From contig MU058584.1 of NCBI GenBank assembly GCA_013265495.1, positions 62,001 through 126,000 on the forward strand: a stretch of 64,000 bases of DNA, read 5' to 3'. Under the pieces are notes generated by a model. That model was not told the DNA's origin. It worked only from the letters and a program-made list of their open reading frames with translations, and did no database searches. Positions 11,641-64,000 of the stretch are shown piece after piece. Within the stretch, counting starts at the first letter, position 1; each line of letters opens with the position of its first letter. The translations under genes were made by a program, and so were the position numbers. The DNA is from Vicugna vicugna. Its lineage: Eukaryota.

Positions 11641-12476
11641 TTAATTTAAAAAAATTTTTTTAAATTAAAAAAATTTTAATTACATATGTTTTTATTGAGG
11701 TATAGTCAGTTTACAATGTGTCAGTTTCTGGTGTACAACATAATGTTTCAGTCATACATGAACATACATATATTTGTTTTAATTTCTTATGAAAAACTGG
11801 CACGAAACAAAATGTTATTTGTTAATTCTTGGTGGTAAGTACACATGTTTGTTTTGTAATTATTTGCACTTTTTGAATAAAAAAATAAACATTTTGAAAA
11901 TTAAATGTAAACTTGCTGGAGTTCAGGCATGATGATTTTTTTTTTTTAAGACTAAGGTGTCTGGTGCCTACAAAGTAGAAGACTCTTACTGGTTTTATTT
12001 TAATTTTTATGTAAATGTTTGAATTTCTCATTGGGTGGGAACAAAAATGTTATAAATTGCACCTGAAATTAAAATTGGTTAGTTATCTGATGATATAAAG
12101 ACTCACCTTTAATGTAAGGGGATTTGTGAAAATTTTTCCCGGTTGGATCCCAGGACTATTTTGTTTGTTGTAGATTATGTAATCTGTAGTAATCATCCAG
12201 CCAGTAGAAGTTTGGAGGGTCGTAGGAAGCATTGTTTTGTTTAGCAACCAAAGGAAAGATTCCACTCGGTCCTAGAGGGATACATGTTCTTAAGGTATGT
12301 TAAATATTCACCACTGAAATGCTGTAAAAAATAAATTTCAGTAAGTAGCATTCTTGAAAGTGTTATCCCAAACTGTTGAAAACTTGAACTCAGTTCAAAT
12401 TTTAATTGGAGTTCATGATGTATGTGGATTTTTCTAAGCAAAACCGATTCTTAAGCTTTAGAAATAAAAAGATTGG

Positions 12477-12841
12477 AAGAGAAAGAAAAACACCATAGGA
12501 GATCGCTCATATGTGGAATCTAAAAAAAACAAGCAAAACATAAATACAAAATAGATACAGACTCATAGACACAGAATACAAACTTATGGTTGCCAAGGAG
12601 GCGGGGGGTGGGAAGGGACAGACTGGGATTTCAAAATGTAGAAAAGATAAACAAGATTGTACTGTAGAGCAGAGGGAAATATATACAAGATCTTATGGTA
12701 GCTCACAGAGAAAAAAATGTGACAATGAATATATATATGTTCATGTATAACTGAAAAATTGTGCTCTACACTGGAATTTGACACATTGTAAAATGGTTAT
12801 AACTCAATAAAAAATGTTAAAAATAAAAAAAATTTAAAAAG
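12477..12841 (+). mobile_element. Young lineage-specific L1 3' end with 16-bp TSD
   Basis: TSD gaaataaaaagattgg at 12461-12476 and 12842-12857; AATAAA plus A-tail; near-identical to the antisense copy starting at 21579. Confidence 0.9.
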
Positions 12842-13589
12842 GAAATAAAAAGATTGGGAATTTACATTATTGTAGGTCTTAGGGTAAGTTCTCTTGGACT
12901 TTCGCTGCTAAGTACTATGCTTTAGAAATAAATATTTAAGGAGATAAATTTGATCACGGGGAGTTTATTTTGTTTAAACTTGTTTGTTTTGTATAAATTT
13001 GTTTAAATAAAACTAGGCTTTCTAGAAGTCCAATTCATAGTATTTTTGCTTAGCTAAGACACTGTGCCTGTGGGAAGGCAGCTGTAACTAATGTGGCAAA
13101 ATAATTGTATTTCTTTCACATATTTGTGTATATGGATAATTTTTATGTTGGCAGCGATTCATTCGTAAAAATTAAAACCAAATTTACTTTCTTAGTCTCT
13201 ACTTTTGTTCTGATATATCTATACTGTGGTATTAAGAAGGATATTCAGGGGGAAAGCCAGTATGTTCAGAAATTTTTTTTTAATTTAATATTATCAATAG
13301 ATTTTATTTAGCGAAGTAGTGTTTACACGTCTTCTCCCCTACTTTAAAACAGCGAGACAGAAAATGCCGAAAGCTCCAAAAGGGCTTTTTTATTTGCTCA
13401 GAGATCTATTTAAATTAGCTCAGTCTCTGACGTCCCTCGTGTGGAAGCAGTTTGTCTTCATTCGGCCACCGTCTCGTCAGCGTTACGGAGTATTTTGTCC
13501 GCCTGCCGCCGCCGTCCCAGATATTAGTCACCGAGCTTCAGGGCAGCGGAAGGTGTGTTTCGGGAGAGCAGGCTGGCGTTGCCGGCACC

Positions 13590-53525
<39,936 letters not shown>

Positions 53526-54900
53526 GTAAGTGTATAGACAAGTATTTTGGATACTAATGTTAAAAATTTTAATTCTCATTATTATTTTAGCTCTAGTCAT
53601 AAGCTAGAGAAAAACGGATTTGTTTTGTTGTTCTCAGAGAAAAGAAGGAAGACGAAAGATTGGTTCCTCTTCCTTGTTCTTCACCTTGGTCCAGCAGAAA
53701 GTTTAAATTTTTTAATGAAGGAAGCCTTAAATTAGTAAACAGATCACTGGTGAAGCAGAATAATGAACTGATTGAGATCATGGGCCTTGAAATCGGACTG
53801 AGTTCAAATCCTAGCTAATCCACTTAGTAACTTTGTTGTCTTAAGCAAGTTATTTAATCTCTCTGTGCCTCAGTTCCTTCCCTTCCTCAGTAATGTAATA
53901 CTATTACCTGCCTCAGTTCTCTGATACATGAGCATCAGTGATTGGAAGGCACTGGGATGGCTTCCTCCTCAGCTAGAAAATAATCAGCCAGAGCAATAAT
54001 TCTGTTCCTGATTTTGTAGGTTTGGAACGGGAATCAATATAAATATTTTAAGCATTTCAGCTGAATTTGGTACAGGTTTTCAGCTAAATGACACCTAAGA
54101 AAGTCTGCTTTTAGGTTGGAGTCATAGACTATTAGAATTCAAAGAGATGTTAGGAATCATCTTTTTCAGATTCCCACTCACTGTGGCACACTGAACACAT
54201 AGACAAAACCAGCGTCCCACGTGTTGGGGAGTCAAAGAGTAATCAGACAGGGGCTAATTCCTTAGAGCATTTGATCCCATCATGAAGTGCCACAGACCTG
54301 TCTACTTTTTAATTACTTTACTAAGACAGTTCAGTGGAAAGAGGTCATAATTCTGAATTGACTTATTTCTGAAAGTTCATACTATACTAGACATATTACA
54401 ATAGAATATGCTGAAGAGATACCTGGAACAAGCAAGCAAGAAAACTTTTTTGCTACTTTATTCATTATTTACTCTTGACATTTTGCCCATATTCTTTATG
54501 TTAAAATTATTTTGTCATTTAAATTTTTGTGTTTGAAGACTGGGACTTTTTTAATTCACGAAGATCTATCTCTTGATTAATAAAGGAAAAAAGAGATATG
54601 TTAATCAAAACCTTGTACTACTGACTTAGGAACTTAAATATAATTAAATTCTTTGAATAAAGTGAATGAGATTACTATAGAATGAATATAGAGTCACCAG
54701 CAGCTCTCAGAGAAAAAGCGTTTTATACCCTCAGTACCAGAGGGGAGCTGCGTGGGTCTGGGCCATTTGTTAGAACTTCTCCAGCTACACTGATTCTTCC
54801 TTTCAAAGTCTGTTTTATATAATCACTTTTTGCACTGACTTCCCTTCAAGACTTGTCCACAGCCATTAGGAAAAACAGAACCATAGGTTTTAATTATTAT

Positions 54901-55096
54901 ATTTGTTTGTTTTCTTTAAAATTAAAAAAAAAGTTCTATACAATTTTTAAAGGTTACTTTCCATTTACAATTACTACAAAATATTGGCTATATTCCCCTT
55001 GTTGTACGATATAAACTGGAGCCTATCTTACACACAGTAGTTTGTGCCTCCCACTCCCCAACCCCTATGTTGCCCGCCTGCACTGGTAACCACTAG
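54901..55096 (-). mobile_element. Artiodactyl-type L1 3' end with 12-bp TSD
   Basis: TSD tttaattattat at 54889-54900 and 55097-55108; aaaggttactttccatttaca motif. Confidence 0.8.
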
Positions 55097-55331
55097 TTTA
55101 ATTATTATCTTATATTTAAGTATTAGCTTTTTGAAGTGACCATTAGTTGGTATACCCTGAAGAGTCTAATTTTGATCATTATAGAGGCTGCTCCTTCTCC
55201 TTTTCCTTTTAAATGTTCTTTAGACTACCTGGAACCCCAGGGTGCTATGCTTTCAGAACTGCTGCCGTGGATCAATTAATGTAACTATTCTCCTGTTCAT
55301 AGGCATTTAAGTTACTTATTTTAACTTGTTT

Positions 55332-55363
<32 letters not shown>

Positions 55364-55366
55364 TAT
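55332..55366. repeat. (TA)n(CA)n microsatellite
   Basis: Direct reading. Confidence 0.9.
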
Positions 55367-58300
55367 GGTATTGTCCATATATACAAAGAGAAAGAGTATG
55401 TATGGGGTATGTGTGTGTGGAGAGAGTAGACTGGAGTTAGAAGGTATGACTATCTGAAATGTGATAGATTATGCCAAATTGTCTTCCAGAAAGACTGTCC
55501 GAGTTTCCACTCCCACCAGCAAGTGGAAGGAAGATCCGTTTCTCTACACCTTTCCTAATGTGGTTATTGTAAATGTGCTTTAATATTTATTTAAATATTT
55601 CATATTTGATCTTCTGAATCAAAAATATTATCTTTACTACAGCCACACTGGCCTCCTTGCTCTTCCACACACTAATGACGTTTGTGCTTCAGGGTCGTCA
55701 CATTTGTTATTCCCACTGCCTGGAGTTCTCTTCCCCCAGTGGCCTTCCACCAAGTGTTAGCTCAAATGCCACCTCGATGAGACTGTCCCAGACTATCTTC
55801 TCTAAATTGCCAGCTCTACTTCTGCCACCACTCTTCCTTTACTTTTCTCGGTAGCACCTCTCATTTTCTAGTATACTGTGTAGTTTACTTATTTATTTTC
55901 TTTACTTTCTTGCAGAGATTTCCATCTCTTTCTGTTTTGCAGTGCTTAGTGCACACATAGTAGTAGTAGGCACATAGTAGTCACTCAGTATATGTTTGTA
56001 GTATGAATGAATGTATTCCCTATGTCCCCCATTAGAAGTAAGTTATTTTTTGATATGTCTTTAGCTAGTTGTATTTCCCTTTTAAAAGATTACTTACAGT
56101 CTTGACCAAAAAAGTCCTTTCTTTTCGTATGAGTTGCTATAAACCCATTTGCATATGTTAAGCATGTATCTAGTGTTTATTGACAACTAACCCACTTTCC
56201 ATACTCTACATATATTTGCTAATTCCTACTTTTGTATGTTTACACCATTCCGAGACAGAAAGGACTTCCTTCTCTCTCTCAACTTATGTTTTTTATTCTC
56301 CCCACTGACATTCTTGGTATTGCTTTGTTCAACTGTTTCTCACCATTTATGCAATTTGTTATGTTTTCTTCTACTTGTTGAAGTTGTGCTTTGTGCTATT
56401 ATTGTTTCTTACGCATGTTTTTTTTTAATCATAGCTGTAAGGTCTCAGGTCATGTTGTCTAGTTCTTTAATTTTATCCTATAGAGACAAGACAGTGTTCA
56501 TCCCAGAGCAGATACATATTTATGTGTGTTCATTTGCTATTTCTCAAAAATGGTGTGCTGTTAGTTCCTCATGTCTTATCTAGGCTATAGAAGGTATTCA
56601 TTATTTACTCAGTCAGACATACGGCAAATATTTTTAGAGCACTGTTGTTTGCCAGGTACTGAGCAAGGAACCAGGGAGGCAAACATGAATAAAAGTCTAG
56701 TAAGAGAAGCACATATGTAAACAATTGTAGCAGAAAGAATTATGTAGATGTCGTATAAAGATAGGGGCATATTCTTGAAGGAACATCAGTAACTGATAAT
56801 GGGAATCACAGAAGCTTTATGCAGTAGCACTTGATGAAAGAATAAAAAGAATAGAATTAAGCTGAAGGAAGTGAGGATGGTGTTGGGGAGACATCCTGTT
56901 GTGAAAGCCCTCCTAAGTCAGTAGAGATTTGAAAAGTAAGACAGGAACAAAAAAGTTTCATGAATTAATGATCTTTACTGATGCTGAGGTGATGGGTGTC
57001 TTGGGGGATGGGCCTTATTTCCATGAACAGGTAGATCGATCCATTATGGAAGGAGGAGATAATGGTCTTAGTTTATCAGTTAAGGTTTGTGTTACAAAAA
57101 TTAAGTGGACAGTACAAAAAGAGGAATTAAGAATGGGAGAAAGTTTAAATACTTGGAAATCCTGAGGAACAACCTGAGGAGATCTATGTGTCTCTGTGTG
57201 AAGACTCTAGGAACAGAAAGCCAAGAAGTTGTGGGAGAATTAGGAACTGTTCATATTTTTAAAAACATGTTAAAAGGCTTAGATTAAAGAAAAGCAACAA
57301 AGAGAAGAGCTGGAAGGAATGAAGAAATATCCAAGTGTCTTAACAAGCTGGAATATCACCAGACACCAAGAATGAAATCAGAAAGAAACTGGCCATAAAA
57401 CTCATAAAGACCAGAAACTATTTCTTCTAGAGAAAATTTGGCACAAGCAATGTAATATCACAGCTTAGAGTGCAACAGTGATTTGAAAGACTGAAATCTA
57501 CCCCTGAACCAAATGTTAGAAATGAAGATGTTCCATCACGTATATTATTCAGAAGCATTTCTTCATTGACCTCATCGTCCGCAGCCTCTTCACAGCGGGA
57601 CTGAGGGTCTTCTCGGGCCGGGAGTCTGCCAGAGGAGCAGGAACTCCCCAGTTGAACCTTGTTAGTACCACCTGCGAGATATTTATTGAACAACATCCAC
57701 ACCCATGGCCTTGTATATGTATAAAGCAAGCATTATTATGTTTTAATTGGCACAGAAACTGCATAGGCTTTTAAATAGCAGATTGTGAGTTCTAACTGAA
57801 CTTTTCTAAGGTACCACAAAATTAAGTCTGGCCAGACCAATAGACATTTAAATCAGAGATTTCCAAAGCATTTTAAATTTAGGAACCTAAATTCTTTCAG
57901 AAGAGATCACATTACCATAATAAAGTTGTTAATGTTGTTTCAGATGTTCAATGTAGAATTGAACTTTTGTGCCTTATTAGTGTAAGTCCAAGTGAAAAAA
58001 AAATATAACACACGTTTGCCAAATATAGGTATGCCTTAAGAAACACTTCCTGAAACCACTTGGTGATGAAATGTAAATACATCTTACATCTAAAGTAAGA
58101 GAGTTTTGTCAAAGTAATGTGTGGCAAAACTGACTAGTTTGAAGAGTTTTGGGTTACTGAATAGTCATCACGCAGAAAAAGAAAATAAACTAAATAGACT
58201 TGAAATGGTTAATTTTTCTGACCTTATTGATAGTGTGTGGATGGTGAAGAAGGCATCTAGCTATTTTTGGCACAGGATTCAAGGAACTGGCCTACTCTGG

Positions 58301-60024
58301 GTGGTCTGTAAAAATAGTAACTCTAGGCAGCAGGGAATGGCTAAAAGGATAAACGTGAATTGGTAAGAAACCCTCTTCTCACTTACTACTTATTGAGATT
58401 GATTGTATGATTATTAGTCATATTTTATCATTGAAGAACCTGAAATTTAACCAAGGTCTCTTTTTAAAAATTATCATTAAGAACTGCCTTTTCTACTATA
58501 CCATAAAGCAATTTTTTCCTACCATTGTTCAAGAAACCTTAAGGACTTCTATTTTTGGCAATATGGTATGTTAGAGGTACAGAGAAATTCTTTGCATTTT
58601 AGTACACTAGAAAATGCTGGCTTGAAAAACAAATCAAAACTCCTTTATTTCATGGCTGAACTGAGGAAAAAGGACGGACTTCCCAGAGGCCAGAAATGCT
58701 AAGATAGTATGAATCCATAATGGTAAGCTAGCATTAGCATTGGAAGTGGTGCTTGTCCTTGAGTTATTTCCTGATCCTTTTGGCCTAGCATCTAGCAGTG
58801 GGAAAGAAAGCTCTGTAGCCAAACAAATTGAGAAGTCACAGCTGAAGCCCTCTCACCCAAGTAGAGCTGGAACTTCCAAGGAATGACACTCTTGGTTGCT
58901 AGAAGGAGGGAAAAGAGTAGATTGCCATACCACACAGGGAGAGTGTTGGTAAGCACCTGTCTTGGTATTGACTTGGAGTAGAGTGGAAGTAAAGAAAAAA
59001 TTTTCTCTGAAGATTCTTTACCACAAGTCCTAACTCATGTAGATTTGATTCTGAATTTATACTACCTCTGTGGCCCTCAAAAAGACCAAGCCAGAAACAG
59101 TTTAAGCAGTTCTGTGTTGGTGGTACTGCTAGTCCCCTGGCAGAAGCAAATGCAAATCCTTCTAAGAGAAAGGCACTTTAAATAGATACCTAAAAAAAAT
59201 TGCCAAAGATAGAGTTCCATTTGAACAGGAACCCACATCCCCTCACCTCCCCCACATTATTAAACACATCAGGAAATAGGCCACCATGAACAAGAGTTAG
59301 AGGAAGTAACAAACTACAGAATCCAACTCTCAAAGATTACAGATATTTGAATTAACAGATATAAGATGTAAAATAAATATGTTAAATAAAAGAGGGAATT
59401 AAAATATAACAACAGAACAAAAGACTGTCAGAATTGATCATTTTAACTTGGAAAAATCTGGAAAAATGTAATGATTAAAAGTTAAACTGAGAAAAACAAT
59501 GTGCAGGTTAAAACAACAAATTAGGCACATTTGAAGAAAGAAATATTGAATGAAAGGATGGATTAGAAGAAGTTATACAGAATGCAACACAGAGAGACAA
59601 AGAGATGGAAACATGAGAGATATTAAGAGACTTGGAGTTACACTACCTTAACCAAGCAATCAAGGTAACAATACTAATCATGAGATGCGCTGACATCTTG
59701 TACCTCCTGATGTGATGCACTGAAAAAGGCAAAGGGCACAATATCGCTTCTGTGACATTCCTGCCGAAAGTGCATTACCTAGATTTTTATCATGAAAAAA
59801 CACCAGATAAATCCATATTGAGGGGACATTCAAAATCTTTTGTAATCTGCAGAAGTGTCAAGGTATTAAGGAAGAAGGAAAATGACCTCAAATGAAGGTT
59901 TTGAGATATAGAAATGAATAGCAAACACAAAAATAATAAATGTGGATGAAGCTTTAAAAAAAGTTAATGATATAAAACATTAACAATGTCTAGTTTGTAA
60001 GGTTAAACAAATAAAGATGGGAGT

Positions 60025-60860
60025 ATATTATCCCCTCCTTATTCTTGGGGGATATTTTCCAAGATCCCTCATAGACTGAAATCGTGGATAGTACCAAACC
60101 CTATATATACTATGTTGTATCCTATACATATATACCCATGATAAAGTTTAATGTATAAATTAGCCACAGTAAGAAATTAACAACAGTAACTAATAATAAA
60201 ATAGAATAATTATAACGTTATATTATAATAAAAGTTATGTGAATGTGGCCTCTCTCTCAAAATAAATTTGTCTTATGGTACAAATTTAATGTCTTTTCCA
60301 TCTTATCTAAGCACTTATCATACACTGTGACCGTAACTTTTGAGCTTGAGGTGTGGTGATAAGACTAGTACAAATTTCTTTTTACTTTTTTGCAATTTCA
60401 CAGATAGATTTGTTTTTACCATAGATCTTAGCAGCCTCAGCATATGATTTTTTTCCTTTCCTTATTAAGTTGAGAACTTTTTCATTTACAGGAAGCACTT
60501 TAGAGCTTCACTTTGGTATGTATAGTTTGTCAGCATCACTACTCTTGTACTTTGGGGCCATTATTAAGTAAAATAAGGGTTACCTGAACCCAGGCACTGC
60601 AGTGCTGATACAGTTGCCCTGGTAGCTGTGAGATGGCTACTAAGTGACTTAACGAGTGGGATACACTGAACAAAGGGATGATTCATGTCCTGGGTGGGAC
60701 TGAGCAGGACAGTACGAGATTTCATCATGCTACTCAGAATAATGCAGTTTAAAACCTATGAATTGTTTATTTCTGGAATTTTTCATTTAATATTTTCAGG
60801 CTATGGTTGATCACAGGTAACTGAAACCACAGAAAGCGAAATTGCAAAGGGGGACTGCTA
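60025..60860 (-). mobile_element. MER44/Tigger7-type DNA transposon MITE
   Basis: Degenerate inverted termini (tcccctccttat... / ...aaagggggactg); internal text resembles the recalled MER44 consensus. Confidence 0.8.
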
Positions 60861-61938
60861 TAATTTCTGGATAGGAATATCTGATAAATTGTGAGGGGAG
60901 TGATTAAACTTAAAACACTCAGTTTTTATTCTTGTTTGGGAAGTAGGTAAAGATAATGATTATGTCTAGACTTAAAATTAATTGGCATTTTAAAGTTTTA
61001 AAGGGTAACCTCTAACAAATATAATTAGAGTGTATCATTTCAAAATCTAGTAGAAGAAAAATCATGGAATGTGGTGGACAGACTCAATCCAAAAATGGCA
61101 TGAAAAGAGAGTAAGAAAGAAACTGCTAGATTATGAAAGCACAAAATATTATAGTAGAAATGAATCTTGAATATTATCTGTAATCACAATAAGTGGAAAT
61201 ATACTGAACTCTGCATTTAGAAGGCAGGGGAGAGGGGAAAAAGTAAAGTTCAGTTTTATGTTATTTATAAGAGAAATACCTAAAAGCATAAAGCTATAGA
61301 AAAGTAGAAGCCCAAAGGATGGAAAAAGCAAATACTAGCCAAATGAAAGCTGGAGTTGCTCTGTAAATATCAGACACATAGACTGTAAGGAGAAAAGCAT
61401 TATTAGACATAGTCACTACATGCTGATTTAAAAGTTTAGTTTACTGAGAAGATAAAATAATTCTAAATTAGTATAGTCCTAATAATATAGCTTGGAAATA
61501 GTAATTGATGAAACTACAGGGGAAAATTGACATTCTGCTGTTATAGTAGGAAATTTTAGCCTACCTCTCTCACTAATTGATAGATAAGAAAATCTGCAAG
61601 AATACAAATGATTTGATTATTGTTGTGATTAAATTGGATCTAATGACTGTATGTATATAAACTGCATCTATCAACTCAGAGAGTTTTTCAACCATACACG
61701 AAAGTGTTAAAAAATTAATCTGTACGAGGTCATAAAGGAAGTATCAACAAATTTCAAAGACTAACATAATAGACTACATTCACTGTCAGTGCAGTTAAGC
61801 TAGAAATCAATAACAAAAACATGAAACTAAGAACTCCTATACTACTAAAAATTACAAAGCACAATGAAACCCATAGATCAAAGAAGAAATCATAATGAAA
61901 TTTGGTATTCAATTATGGTATTAAAATGCTATTTATCA

Positions 61939-62088
61939 AATCACAGAGAAAAAAAATGTGACAATGAGTGTGTATATGTCCATGAATGACTGAAAAATTG
62001 TGCTGAACACTGGAATTTGACACAACACTGTAAAATGATTATGAATCAATAAAAAATGTTAAAAAAAAAGAAAAAAAGAAAAAAAAAT
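61939..62088 (+). mobile_element. Young short L1 3' end with long A-tail and 16-bp TSD
   Basis: TSD aaaatgctatttatca at 61923-61938 and 62089-62104; TT/AAAA endonuclease site. Confidence 0.92.
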
Positions 62089-64000
62089 AAAATGCTATTT
62101 ATCAGACCTTGAAAGAAGTACCACATTGTGTGGGAAAAGCAAATTGCAGAAAAATGTTTACAGTATGATAACATTTATATCAAGTTCAAATAAGAAAAAC
62201 TTTACATTATGAATGAATGTGCATATGTGGTATAGCTATAAAGAAAAGCAAGGGAATTGTTATTACAGATTTCAAAAGTGACAGTGAGCAAGTTTAACTC
62301 ATCCCTGGAGGGGAAGGGGTAAGTATTTCTTCTTGATGCTCCCAAATTATCCTGTATACGTATCATAGAATGTATCACACTTTACTAATTGTTGGTGTAT
62401 CTGTCTTCACCACTATAGACTCTTGTGTTTTTTTTTTAAAAGACTAGAAGTTCTGCCTTATTTCTTTTTCAGTGTTCTCAGCATCTAGCATAATGTGTAT
62501 AGTTCATGGCAGACACATGTTGCACTGAATTGCTAAGAAGGGTTTTGTCATGGTGACAAAGAGAAAAGGACATTCCAGGCAGAGAGAATACTCTGAACAA
62601 ATGTTTAGAGAGATGAAAGAGGATGGCTTGGAATAAGATGCAGTCAGGGATGGTCAGAGCTCACCTTGTTTTTAGTTGTACTTGATGTATTGTAGCTACT
62701 TAGTAAGTATTTGTTGGATAATGGTTGAGTGACTAAATGAATGAATGACTGAGTGTGAATGAGCATGGAATATATGGTGGGGAATGGTCTGAAACGATTG
62801 GGCAGAAAAGGCAGGCTGTGACCAGGTCATACAGGGCATCACGTTTGCTACAAAGGAGAAAAGCATGAAACAGTGACTAATGCAAGGGAATGTTATAGTG
62901 AGTACTAAGTAATATGGTGTGTGTTATGAGCATTGTACTGAAAAGAGGGAGATAAATGAAGATAGTTATTGTAAGGAAAGGCTTCACGGAGGAGAATAAA
63001 ATGAAAGATTTATAAGAAGAGGAGAGATGGACATTCCAAGGGAAGGGTATGACACATGACAATAACCAAGGTATAATGCAGAGATAGGAAAGAAGTTGTC
63101 CCCCCTCTTAAAAAATAAAAAAGGCAAAAAATTTTCCAATCCTGAGCCTCTTATGACTGATTACATTTAAAATTTTTTGTTGGACATTTTCTAAGATACC
63201 TTAATTTTCATAGCTATTCCTTTATCTCATTACTACTACTTTCTGCACTATAAATGTAGTTTCTTCTAATTATTTTTTATATACTAAACCTTCTAACAGA
63301 TGTTGAAATTGGATAAGATACAACATAAATGGTTATTAAGTTTAAATTTTATGAGATTGAAGGGTATATTTTCTTTGTTGGGAGAGGGCTTGATCTTTTA
63401 TAATTTCCTCCTCATGGGTTCCTACTTCCTTGAAGCAATGGTCAAAGAGCACACCTGACATTGTTCATACCAAAGGCATGGTTTTTCATTGCTACTCTAT
63501 GCTGTGTTCTGTTTAATTTATAAGTTTTATTATTGTTTTAAGTTTGTACTTCATGACTATTTTGACAGTAGGTAAGTTTAACTCACTCCCAGCTGACCCC
63601 AGGGTTGATGTAAATCTCAGACTTGTACCGATATCCAGGAAATACGATGAGGTAGGGAAATGAGCAGTGTTCATTTTAAACACTTGTAAAAATATTTCTG
63701 CATGGAGGGAAGTTGAATTAATTTAAGAAATCAGAGGAAAATAAGGCAAGAGAAAGGGAAAATTGATTAATTTTGATGGAAAGAAAAGAATTTCCAGAAG
63801 GTTTTGTTAGCAACATGAATTTTAACCAGCAGCAAGTTTTGCTAAAAATACTTCCTTCTTTATAAAACAGGGTGATTGAGAGCCTATTGGAAAAGCATCA
63901 GTCTAAACCCTACTTGCAATTTGTTATTTATTATCAGCTTTTTTATTTTCTGAGCTTTGTTGACTGTTGAGTAATGGTAGGGCTACAGTTTTTATCACAG

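Larger units (their letters stand above)
58540..62290 (+). mobile_element. Large decayed old L1 (5' region/ORF1/ORF2 endonuclease remnants) with nested insertions
   Basis: A-rich sense L1 phrases (cagaatgcaacacagagagacaaagagatggaaa, aatatcagacacatagact, ctagaaatcaataac); boundaries approximate. Confidence 0.7.

Noticed and set aside
63985..64000. Window ends in ...tttttatcacag, a possible ATF6 exon 10 acceptor
   Set aside because: No downstream sequence is available to test for the expected exon 10 coding frame

Overview
Mammalian genomic DNA, probably camelid (inferred from the lineage-style tRNA-derived SINEs and L1 3' ends). It carries two + strand protein-coding genes. DUSP12 (YVH1-type dual-specificity phosphatase) is complete: 6 coding exons, 1653-7096, 1023 nt = 340 aa plus stop, all GT-AG introns, CpG-island promoter, ATTAAA at 7337. 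ATF6 is present as its 5' part: exons 1-9, 13590-53525, covering the transactivation domain, bZIP and transmembrane/S2P site; exon 10 onward was not found in the window. The rest is AT-rich intron and intergenic DNA full of L1, L2, MIR, MaLR/ERVL LTRs, DNA-transposon relics and younger SINE/L1 insertions with visible target-site duplications (TSDs). I see no convincing new biological system. The most notable items are an inverted SINE pair in DUSP12 intron 4, a TSD-flanked tailless internal L1 ORF2 piece, a poly(A)-only insertion, an L1 in the ATF6 promoter, absence of the human-type upstream ATF6 ATG, extra cysteines near the DUSP12 active site, and an unidentified CpG-rich segment in ATF6 intron 9. 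Comparisons to human/mouse proteins and repeat family names are from memory, not from searches.
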